Shown here: one piece after another, positions 1 through 8,140 of the stretch | How positions within the stretch are numbered: the stretch's first letter is position 1 | Layout of the letters: every line of letters begins with the position of its first letter | NCBI GenBank assembly: GCA_951812955.1 | Contig: OX638340.1 | Location: 2,624,001 to 2,688,000, forward strand | Origin: an uncultured Gemmatimonadota bacterium | Lineage (GTDB): Bacteria; JAAXHH01 | Direction of reading: 5' to 3' | Length of the DNA: 64,000 bases | Program-made: the position numbers and the translations under genes | Notes under the pieces: model-generated | Told to the model about the DNA's origin: nothing | The model's input: only the letters and a program-made list of their open reading frames with translations | Database searches by the model: none

Positions 1-277
1 CTTCCTTGAGGTAGACGAACTGCCCGCCACTTCGGGGCATCATGGTACCGAGTTCGGCGAAGCACAGGGCCCCCGCGAAACCCAATGCCCCACCCAGAAT
101 CCATACCAGCAGGAAAAGACCGGGGTTGCCGAGTTGCTGGGCGATGCCCGCCGGCGCGCCGAAGATTCCGGACCCGATGATGCCGCCGACGATAATGGTC
201 GTGGCGGATACGACGCCCAGATCGCGCCTGAGTTCGGTTTCGAGTTGGAAGGGACTGGAAGTGTGACCGGTTTTCAC
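1..277 (-). CDS. APC-family amino acid permease (partial, N-terminal part only; gene continues beyond window start)
   Basis: Reverse-strand translation from GTG at 277 gives MKTGHTSSPFQLETELRRDLGVVSATTIIVGGIIGSGIFGAPAGIAQQLGNPGLFLLVWILGGALGFAGALCFAELGTMMPRSGGQFVYLKE; GSGIF and GGxFxYL motifs typical of APC permeases. Confidence 0.5.
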   Translation of the reverse strand, partial: MKTGHTSSPFQLETELRRDLGVVSATTIIVGGIIGSGIFGAPAGIAQQLGNPGLFLLVWILGGALGFAGALCFAELGTMMPRSGGQFVYLKE

Positions 278-701
278 TGGTGCGTATTCCGTGATGCGTC
301 ATGCATCGTTCGAATCGTCAAAGTCCTCGCGTGCGTAACCGGGAGGCGGCAGCGTTGTAGGGTCCGGTGGTATACGAGCGGGTGCGTCCAGAGATAATAC
401 CATGCAACGGGAGCGGCACGCCACCGTTTTATTCCCGGCGGTCACCGGGACCTGTTGTCGGGCGCACCCCAGGCAACGCTATCCGCAGGCATGAAATCAG
501 GTCACCTTGGCGCTTGACAATCGTCCCGGCTGATATCTACCTTATGGCATGGCCGGCCGGGAGGATCACGGCTGTGCCGGACCGCCGATTTCCTACGGTC
601 TATTCAGTCTCCGCAGGATACCCATACCGCGTATCCGGATAACCAGACTTGACTTAGAGATTCCTTGCCATGAAACCCGCATATCGTAATCGGCCGGACT
701 A

Positions 702-711
702 CACACGTGTG
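702..711. promoter_or_regulatory. Perfect 10-bp palindrome CACACGTGTG upstream of first LacI-family gene; candidate operator
   Basis: Seen directly in sequence about 70 bp upstream of the GTG start at 780; related CGTGTGT/CACGTG cores recur upstream of the two downstream paralogs. Confidence 0.3.
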
Positions 712-779
712 CGCTTGAAGAAAAGGGCATTGATTCTTGCTGCCACCGCGAACCGCGCGCGGCCACAGGAGCCAGACCC

Positions 780-1796
780 GTGAGGAACCGGCCGGTCACC
801 ATAAAGGACATCGCGCGGCACCTGGGCATTTCGTACTCCACGGTCTCCAGGGCGCTCTCTCCCCGCATGTCCCATCTAGTTAAAGAACAGACGCGCGTTC
901 TTGTACGGCAGGCCGCGATAGACATGGATTATTCGCCCAATCTCATGGCTCAGGCTTTCGTGAAGGGTACAGAGGGAGTCCTGGGATTGTTGACCACCCG
1001 GCACGGGACGGAGTTCACCCGCAGGCAGATCAACCACCTGGTGCGGGCAGCCGCCGAATACGGTTACCAGGTGCTGATCGCGGCGGTTTCGGACCAAACA
1101 GCATCTTCTGTGGACAACGAACGGGTCGATCGGTTTATGCAACTGAAGTCCCGCGACGTGGACGGAATTCTGATCCAGGCGTTCGGCGAAGAGACCGGAT
1201 CGTCCCGGATCGTCCATGCCGCGGTCGGTGAACTGCCAGTGGCAACCGTAGGATACGCAGGGGACGGTATCGCAGGCGTTTCACTGAACCTGGCATCGGG
1301 CATGCAGGAGGTAACCGAGCATTTGATCGGACTCGGTCACGAACGGATTTGCTTTCTGGGTGAAGACTGGACTGGAGCGGACGGCCTGCGGTCGATTGGA
1401 AATGGATACCGCGACACGATGCGCAGGCATGGCCTGACGCCCCGTGTCACGCCCGTCGAATCCTCACGCGCCCGATCCGGTTACAACCTGGGCAAGGCAC
1501 TGCGCGACCGGTTTACGGCTTTCGCATGCTGCTGTGATTACACGGCCCTCGGCGTCTGCCGCGGACTGATCGAAACCGGTGTACGCGTTCCGGACGACGT
1601 CGCGGTAACGGGCTTCGGCGACTTCGAAGTGTCGGCTTACGTCAGCCCATCCCTGACAACGCTTACCATCCCCTACGAGGATGTGGCCGCCACGGCTGTA
1701 CGTGGCATCCTTCGACAACTCAAGGGCCACTCTGACTCCGGCCGAAGCATATTCAAACCCCGGCTTACCGTACGTGAATCCTGCGGCGCGGGATAA
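780..1796 (+). CDS. LacI-family transcriptional regulator (paralog 1 of 3)
   Basis: N-terminal HTH VTIKDIARHLGISYSTVSRAL; periplasmic-binding-fold C-terminus; GTG start with AGGAG 9 nt upstream. Confidence 0.8.
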   Translation: MRNRPVTIKDIARHLGISYSTVSRALSPRMSHLVKEQTRVLVRQAAIDMDYSPNLMAQAFVKGTEGVLGLLTTRHGTEFTRRQINHLVRAAAEYGYQVLIAAVSDQTASSVDNERVDRFMQLKSRDVDGILIQAFGEETGSSRIVHAAVGELPVATVGYAGDGIAGVSLNLASGMQEVTEHLIGLGHERICFLGEDWTGADGLRSIGNGYRDTMRRHGLTPRVTPVESSRARSGYNLGKALRDRFTAFACCCDYTALGVCRGLIETGVRVPDDVAVTGFGDFEVSAYVSPSLTTLTIPYEDVAATAVRGILRQLKGHSDSGRSIFKPRLTVRESCGAG

Positions 1797-1965
1797 GATC
1801 ACACCGTTCCAAAAAAAGATTGACACGTGGCCCGCTCCGGGCCAAATTCGGTTTTGCAAACGTGTGTAATTACCCCATCAAACCAACTGAATGGGCGTCG
1901 GGTCCGGTCTGCTGGCGGAACGCGGGCCGCCTTGAACGCATTCGTGAGCCGGGGCGGAAGGAACG

Positions 1966-3006
1966 ATGAAAAAGAAGCGGGTGACCATCAAGGATCTTGC
2001 GAAAACGCTGGGAATCTCCCACTCCACGGTCTCTCGCGCCCTGTCCAGGAACAAGTCGCACATGGTAAGCGAGGAAACCCGCAGGCGGGTAGAACAGGTT
2101 GCCGAGGAGTTTTCCTACCGGCCCAACCTGCTGGCCAAGGGGTTTTCCACGGGAAGGACGGGAACACTGGGCCTGCTGGCCAGCGAGTGCCACGAGGAGC
2201 AGTCCGGCGCACAGATCGAGAGTTTTCTCAAGGCCGCGGACGAATGGAACTACCGGCTCCTGGTGGGCATATCCGCCGAATGGGATTCCTCGTCCCCGGA
2301 ATTCGGCCAGGCGGCGCAGATGGAGCAGTTCGTATCGAGGGGCATAGACGGGCTTCTGCTCCAGACCTTAGGCGACGAGGGAGAGTCGGAGCGCATCCGG
2401 AGCGTGGTCGACGGCCGGGTACCCGTGGTGACTCTAAACTATCCCGCCCCGGGCTTCCCGGGCGTGGTTCTGGATTTCGCGACGGGATTCTACCGGGCGA
2501 CCGAGCACCTGATCGCGCTGGGTCACGAACGCATAGGATTCCTCGGCGATACATGGGACGGGTCCGGTCAGGATGCTGCCCGGGGCAGGGGGTATTTCGA
2601 CGCCATGAATGAACACGGCCTCCACCCCGAAGGACTGCCCGTAGGCCGCCATCAGACGGAATCCGGCTATCGGCTGTCCAGGGAGATAAAAGACCGGTTC
2701 TCCGCCCTCCTTTGCTGCAGTGACTACACGGCCATCGGCGTATACCGCGGCCTGGCCGAATTGGGGATCCGCGTACCTGAAGACGTGGCCGTCGTGGGCA
2801 GTGGCGATTCGGACGTCTCGGCTTTCGTGACACCCGCGCTCACCACGCAGTCGACACCAACCAGAGGAATCGCAAATGCGGCGATGGAACTGATGAAGAA
2901 GATAATCGAAGGCCAGGAGGTGGCGTGCCAGGTCGTTCTTTCGTCCAACCTGATCGTAAGGGAATCCTGTGGATCGGCGTTCATGGACCGCTCCAGGATA
3001 CCGTAG
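1966..3006 (+). CDS. LacI-family transcriptional regulator (paralog 2 of 3)
   Basis: MKKKRVTIKDLAKTLGISHSTVSRALS HTH; ATG with GGAAGG SD. Confidence 0.8.
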   Translation: MKKKRVTIKDLAKTLGISHSTVSRALSRNKSHMVSEETRRRVEQVAEEFSYRPNLLAKGFSTGRTGTLGLLASECHEEQSGAQIESFLKAADEWNYRLLVGISAEWDSSSPEFGQAAQMEQFVSRGIDGLLLQTLGDEGESERIRSVVDGRVPVVTLNYPAPGFPGVVLDFATGFYRATEHLIALGHERIGFLGDTWDGSGQDAARGRGYFDAMNEHGLHPEGLPVGRHQTESGYRLSREIKDRFSALLCCSDYTAIGVYRGLAELGIRVPEDVAVVGSGDSDVSAFVTPALTTQSTPTRGIANAAMELMKKIIEGQEVACQVVLSSNLIVRESCGSAFMDRSRIP

Positions 3007-3367
3007 CGAACCGCACCGAACCGCACCGAACCACGTGATTGGCATCCGGTTTACGTAGGCTTCTGAGTCCGTTTCGCGATTCACCGGCATGGTTCCGCGC
3101 GGGGTCCCCCGCCTTCCGCAACCGCCCTCGATCCGCGGTCTCAACTTCCTTGACACGAGACCGCCTCATTCTATCTTAAATGATGTTACAAATCTCTGCC
3201 GTCGTACTGATTCGAGAACGACGCCACAGGGTCCCAACCAGCGCGACTCACGTCCTGACTTGATTGTTCTGAACTCCTTCGGGATCAGGGATCGGTTCGA
3301 CCGGCCCCTTGCCGCGTTGGATAGCTGCCGATGTCATTTCGGCCCCACAGGTAGACCGGATCGGTCC

Positions 3368-4390
3368 ATGAGAGTCAAGCAGGTTACCATCAAAGACATC
3401 GCCCAGCGGCTGGGTATTTCCCATTCCACGGTTTCGCGGGCTCTATCCAACAGCGCGGCTTACCTCGTCAACGAGAAGACCCGGATGCTCGTGAAGCAGA
3501 CCGCGGACGAGATGCAATATACTCCCAATCTGATGGCGCAGGGATTCGTAACCGGCAAGACGGGTACGCTGGGTTTGCTCACCTACCAGATTTCACTTGA
3601 AACGTACGGAAACCAGACCGAACAGATTCTCAGAGCGGCGGAAAATCAGCATTATCAACTGCTGATGGGCATGGCCGTAAGCCGGACTTCCAGGTCTTCC
3701 CAGGACGACCAGCGTACGCAGATCAGGCAGTTGATTTCAAGGGGCGTGGATGGACTCCTGATCAACACGCGGGGCGACAGGGAGGAATCGGATCGGATTA
3801 TCGAAGCGGTGCGGGACCGCATTCCAGTGGTGACGTATCATTATCCAACGGATCACATCAGTGGCGTCGTGCTGGACCTCGAGTCGGATTTCTATCAGGC
3901 GACGAAACACCTGATCGAATTGGGACACCGCAGGATCGGTTTCATCGGCCGGGTCATGGACGCGGAAAGTCCGGTGTCGTCCAAAGGGAGAGGGTACTTC
4001 AGGGCGATGAGAGACCACGACATGCCCCACGAGATCATTCCACCCCTGGGTATCCGGGGCGAGGGCGGCTACATCCAGGGCCAGAACCTGCGAGACCGGT
4101 TCACCGCGCTGGTGTGCAGGGATGACTACACGGCCATCGGCGTATGCCGCGGCCTGCGCGATGCGGGACTTCTAATACCGGAAGACGTGGCCGTGGTGGG
4201 CTTTGGAGATATCGACGTATCGGCCTACCTGTCGCCCGCGCTGACCACGATGGCCGTCCCTTACGAGGAAATAGCCCGGTCGGCGATGGAGCTGTTGCTG
4301 CGAAAGATCGGCGGAGAAGACACGACAGATCGGGCAACGCTCCGCTCCCGCCTCATCATACGCGAGTCCTGCGGTGGATACAGGGAATAA
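3368..4390 (+). CDS. LacI-family transcriptional regulator (paralog 3 of 3)
   Basis: MRVKQVTIKDIAQRLGISHSTVSRALS HTH; the long upstream extension of ORF 3089.. has no homology and is rejected, so start set at ATG 3368. Confidence 0.75.
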   Translation: MRVKQVTIKDIAQRLGISHSTVSRALSNSAAYLVNEKTRMLVKQTADEMQYTPNLMAQGFVTGKTGTLGLLTYQISLETYGNQTEQILRAAENQHYQLLMGMAVSRTSRSSQDDQRTQIRQLISRGVDGLLINTRGDREESDRIIEAVRDRIPVVTYHYPTDHISGVVLDLESDFYQATKHLIELGHRRIGFIGRVMDAESPVSSKGRGYFRAMRDHDMPHEIIPPLGIRGEGGYIQGQNLRDRFTALVCRDDYTAIGVCRGLRDAGLLIPEDVAVVGFGDIDVSAYLSPALTTMAVPYEEIARSAMELLLRKIGGEDTTDRATLRSRLIIRESCGGYRE

Positions 4391-4461
4391 GCCTTTTCCC
4401 ACCCTCTCGGAAACATCCCCTACAAAACAACCGCGATGGTCCGTGGCGCAATGCGGAAGGC

Positions 4462-5310
4462 CTATTCCCAGCGGTCCAGGCCCAGCAGCCGGCGTCCCAG
4501 GGCGGTGAGGCGCGCGGGACCGCTTCGTCGTTCGACGCCGCGCGGATCTCCCGGGAAAACTTCCGGATGCAAGCGGTTTCTCCAGAGCGAGATGCGGTGT
4601 TGCCGATGGTTTTCGTCATCTTCCTGGTTGGGCTTGGCGGAAATGTACTGGCACCAGCGCGGCCTGTCGGAAGTGTTGCGGCTGTTCCCGTGGGGCAGCA
4701 GACTGTGCCAGATGAGCAGGTCGCCGGCCTTTCCGGGAATCGCGGCAGGTTCCAGGCCCGTCATGTCCGGTCGCATGGGATCCCGGTCGGAAGGCTGGGT
4801 CTTCACCCATTCGAAAAACCGTTTGTGAAACCCCGGGACGCACTGGAAGCCGCCCTGGTTCTCCGCCGTATCGGTGAGGTACAGCACGCCCTGTACATTG
4901 AGCGCTTCGGGATGGGCCGTCGTGTCGATGTCCCAGTGTATCAGCGGCTCGTTGAAACCGTGCGGCCTGCTTTCCCGCTCCGGCGGCGTCATGTTGGTCC
5001 GGTCGATGCTCACCCACAGTTTCTCGTCGTCCCAAAGACGCTTGAAGGCCTCGTATACCCGGGGATACTGCCGGTTGTCCCACATCGCCTGGTGATGGTA
5101 CATTTCGACGAAACCGAGACGGCGCGGCGGACCTTCATACCATGTCTCCGGATCGCGTGGGTCCAGTTCCAGGAATGCGGCGATCGCCGATATCGTGGCC
5201 TCGAGATGCGATTCGGGTACAGCCCGGGGAATGATCACGTAGCCGTTTTCGTCCCAGCAGGTTTGCTGTTCATCGTTAAGCAACGCATTCCCCCGGTGTA
5301 ACGCATACAC
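4462..5310 (-). CDS. Phytanoyl-CoA dioxygenase (PhyH) family Fe(II)/2-oxoglutarate oxygenase
   Basis: 282-aa product with PhyH-like sequence (…HWDIDTT…, …GFHKRFFEW…); operon partner of the downstream Gfo/Idh/MocA gene. Confidence 0.6.
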   Translation of the reverse strand: MYALHRGNALLNDEQQTCWDENGYVIIPRAVPESHLEATISAIAAFLELDPRDPETWYEGPPRRLGFVEMYHHQAMWDNRQYPRVYEAFKRLWDDEKLWVSIDRTNMTPPERESRPHGFNEPLIHWDIDTTAHPEALNVQGVLYLTDTAENQGGFQCVPGFHKRFFEWVKTQPSDRDPMRPDMTGLEPAAIPGKAGDLLIWHSLLPHGNSRNTSDRPRWCQYISAKPNQEDDENHRQHRISLWRNRLHPEVFPGDPRGVERRSGPARLTALGRRLLGLDRWE

Positions 5311-5340
5311 ACTGGTGAATCGAATCGTCGTGCGGCCATA

Positions 5341-5440
5341 GCGCTCAGATCAAGGGTTCGATGGGCATTTCGCACCGCGTTTCGGCCGGAGCGCTCAGAT
5401 CAAGGGTTCGATGGGCACTTCGCGGCCCGTTTCCGCGGAT
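5341..5440. repeat. Imperfect 50-bp tandem duplication covering the 3' end and stop codon of the oxidoreductase gene
   Basis: Unit 5341-5390 vs 5391-5440, about 42/50 identical; second unit contains the stop codon of the gene 5395..6444. Confidence 0.7.
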
Positions 5441-6444
5441 CGGTAAATGCCGTTCAGAATCTGTTGCACAAGAAGGCCGTGCTCGCCCGGCGCTTCGGAC
5501 GGTTTACGGGTCCTCACGCAATCGATGTAATGTTCCATCTTGTAGCGGAAACCATTCAAATCGGGAAGATAATCCGGCGTCATGTTGACCATGGTGCCGG
5601 ACTGGTCCTTGAATACCCGGGGCGGACTGAACTCGCCGCCGGCCTTCTCTCCCATGAGGGAGAAGGTCCATTCGCCCTTGCCGATATGGGCCGCGAAAGA
5701 CGCTTCCACAGAGAGCGTGGCGCCGTTGTCGAACCTGATCATTCCCACCGCCAGGTCCTCGACCGAGTAGGTTTCGTGATCCCATTCGGGCCACATGGAA
5801 ACCGTGTCGCTGGGCCGGTCTCCCAGGTAGGTGTAGGCGCTCCCGAAGGCGCTGACGGGTTGCGGCGATCCCATGAGATAGTGAGCCGCTTCAATCATGT
5901 GCACGCCGATATCGATCAACGCGCCCCCGCCCTGAAGGTCTTTGCGGCCGAATACGCCCCAGTTCGGAATTCCCCGGCGGCGCAGGGCAAGGCATCGTCC
6001 GTACAGGATCCTGCCGAATTCTCCACGGTCGATGAAGCGCTTGAGCATCTGCGCCTCGGGCGCGAACCGGTGTTGAAATCCGATCACCAGGATGCGGTCC
6101 GTATCCCGGCTCGCTTTAACCATTCCCGCGGCCTCTTCCGCCGTAATGGCCATGGGTTTTTCCACAAGGACGTCTTTACCGGCCCGGAGCGCGTCGATGG
6201 TCGGTTCGTAATGGGCGCTGTTCGGCGTGCCCACGGTGACCGCGTCGATCGAATCCATCTCCAGCAGTTCCCGGTAGTCCTTGAAACAGTGTGAGATGCC
6301 GTACATATCCCGGCAGGTTTCCAGGGCGGCATCGCTGATGTCGGCGACCGCCGCAAGCTCCACGTCTTCCAACTCGGACAGGTACTTCATATGCTCCCGG
6401 GCGATACCGCCCCCACCGATGAAACCCACCTTCGTTCTACGCAC
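5395..6444 (-). CDS. Gfo/Idh/MocA family NAD(P)-dependent oxidoreductase
   Basis: N-terminal Rossmann fold KVGFIGGGGIAREHMKYL; EKPMA motif. Confidence 0.8.
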   Translation of the reverse strand: MRRTKVGFIGGGGIAREHMKYLSELEDVELAAVADISDAALETCRDMYGISHCFKDYRELLEMDSIDAVTVGTPNSAHYEPTIDALRAGKDVLVEKPMAITAEEAAGMVKASRDTDRILVIGFQHRFAPEAQMLKRFIDRGEFGRILYGRCLALRRRGIPNWGVFGRKDLQGGGALIDIGVHMIEAAHYLMGSPQPVSAFGSAYTYLGDRPSDTVSMWPEWDHETYSVEDLAVGMIRFDNGATLSVEASFAAHIGKGEWTFSLMGEKAGGEFSPPRVFKDQSGTMVNMTPDYLPDLNGFRYKMEHYIDCVRTRKPSEAPGEHGLLVQQILNGIYRSAETGREVPIEPLI

Positions 6445-6791
6445 GCTCCCATCCTTTCTTCATCCCGCCTCCATCGTTTCGTATTTCCCGGCAGGCTCAT
6501 TTCGCCAACGATCGAATCGATAAGGGGAACTGATTCATATGGTTATGTATTCTATATATTAGACACGCATCATGCGCCGTGCCGCGCGGTCGAAGCGGTG
6601 ACCTCCCGTTCGCCGCCGTTCGGTCATTCCCGGGCGGTGCGGATGCAAATAATACTTTTGCCGGTCAACGATATGCAAATATATTGCTTGATAAATCCCG
6701 ACACAACTGTATCAACGCACCGTGGCAGGCTAATTCGATCTAGGTGCGCGCCGGCTATGCGGTGTGCCACCTTGCGCGCAGTGGAGGTTCG

Positions 6792-8123
6792 ATGTTCGGC
6801 GTTGCAGGTTGCATGAACATCCTTCTGGTGGCCGGGTTGCTTCTGGCGGTTCCGGCCGCACCGGCGGCGGCGGGTCCACCGGACCGCGGTCCCGATCAAC
6901 CGGCCAGAATCAACCCGGGTCTCGCCGTGGTGGATATCGTCACTTCACGCGGCGAGTCGGTCGACAGCACGCGCGTCGACTGCTACTACCGCCTTTCAAA
7001 CGAACTGTTCAATTTCGTCAAGGCCGGGGATCGCTTCGCCGCCCGTTTCGAGCTTTCGCTGATCGTGATCGACAATGACGATTACCAGGTGACCGCCGAG
7101 ACCATCCTGGATTCGGTCCTGGTGGAAACCGAAACCGAAACGCGCGTGATGGACCATTCCAGGGCGAAGCTGTATACCACCTACCTGCCGCCGGGCAAGT
7201 ACGACCTGGAGATCAAGCTTTACGAACAGGAAACCGGCAAACAGCATGATATGGCCAGGTCCTTCGAGGTGCCCGATTACTACAAGGACCGGCTCAGCAT
7301 AAGCGACATACAATTCGCCGGACTGGTCCTTGAAGAATCTTCCCAGATCGGCCTGGAACGCAGAGGCATCCGGATCGTGCCCAACCTTTCCCGCGCCTTC
7401 GGCGAGGATCATACCGACATGTACATCTACTACGAGGTGTACTCGGACGCGGCCGAGGAAGCACAACAGCCCCTTTCGGTGGTATACACAATCAAGTCGC
7501 CATCGGGCCGGGAGATGTTGAACCGGGAAGAACAATTGGAACGGCAGGGCAATATCGGCGCGTACAGCGGCCGATTCGACACCAGCGGCCTGTCCCAGGG
7601 GGTGTACACACTCGAAGTCGAAGTCGATGACCGGGCCGTGCGAAACCGCGCGAAATCCAAGTCGGAGTTCCATATCACCTGGCGGTTCCTGCTGCCCCTG
7701 TCGACGGCCAAGAACTTCAGGGAGATCACCGAACAGTTGAGATATATCGCCAAGAACGAAGAACTGGATACGCTGAAAAAATACCGGGACGCGCCGGCCG
7801 GGGAACAGAAAGTCGCCCTTGAAGCGTTCTGGAAACGCCGGGACCCCACGCCGGAGACGGACCGGAACGAGCATATGATCACCTACTACCGGCGGATAGC
7901 TTACGCGAACGAACATTTCGACGATGGACTCAGGAAAGGCTGGCGCAGCGACCAGGGCCGGATCTATATCGTCTATGGTCCCCCGGACGAATTAGAACGG
8001 CACACCTGGGACCGCGCCTACTCCCATCCGTACCAGGTATGGCACTACAACAACATAAGCCGAAGTTTCGTTTTCGTCGACTTCGATGGCTACGGTAGAT
8101 ATCAGCTATATCGGGTGTATTGA
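6792..8123 (+). CDS. GWxTD domain-containing secreted protein
   Basis: Signal peptide MFGVAGCMNILLVAGLLLAVPAAPAAA; C-terminal GWRSD/…YQVWHYNN…FVFVDFDGYGRYQL resembles the GWxTD family; ATG 6792 with GGAGG SD. Confidence 0.6.
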   Translation: MFGVAGCMNILLVAGLLLAVPAAPAAAGPPDRGPDQPARINPGLAVVDIVTSRGESVDSTRVDCYYRLSNELFNFVKAGDRFAARFELSLIVIDNDDYQVTAETILDSVLVETETETRVMDHSRAKLYTTYLPPGKYDLEIKLYEQETGKQHDMARSFEVPDYYKDRLSISDIQFAGLVLEESSQIGLERRGIRIVPNLSRAFGEDHTDMYIYYEVYSDAAEEAQQPLSVVYTIKSPSGREMLNREEQLERQGNIGAYSGRFDTSGLSQGVYTLEVEVDDRAVRNRAKSKSEFHITWRFLLPLSTAKNFREITEQLRYIAKNEELDTLKKYRDAPAGEQKVALEAFWKRRDPTPETDRNEHMITYYRRIAYANEHFDDGLRKGWRSDQGRIYIVYGPPDELERHTWDRAYSHPYQVWHYNNISRSFVFVDFDGYGRYQLYRVY

Positions 8124-8140
8124 AACGGCGGTTACAGCCT

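Noticed and set aside
42-397. + strand ORFs 42..266 and 134..397 at the window start
   Set aside because: The minus-strand reading gives a convincing APC permease N-terminus; + frames are compositional.
1827-2612. 261-aa Arg/Gly-rich + ORF overlapping LacI paralog 2
   Set aside because: Alternate-frame artefact; the LacI frame has HTH and full-length homology.
4144-5301. 385-aa + strand ORF antisense to the PhyH gene
   Set aside because: Antisense shadow ORF in GC-rich sequence; no domain features.
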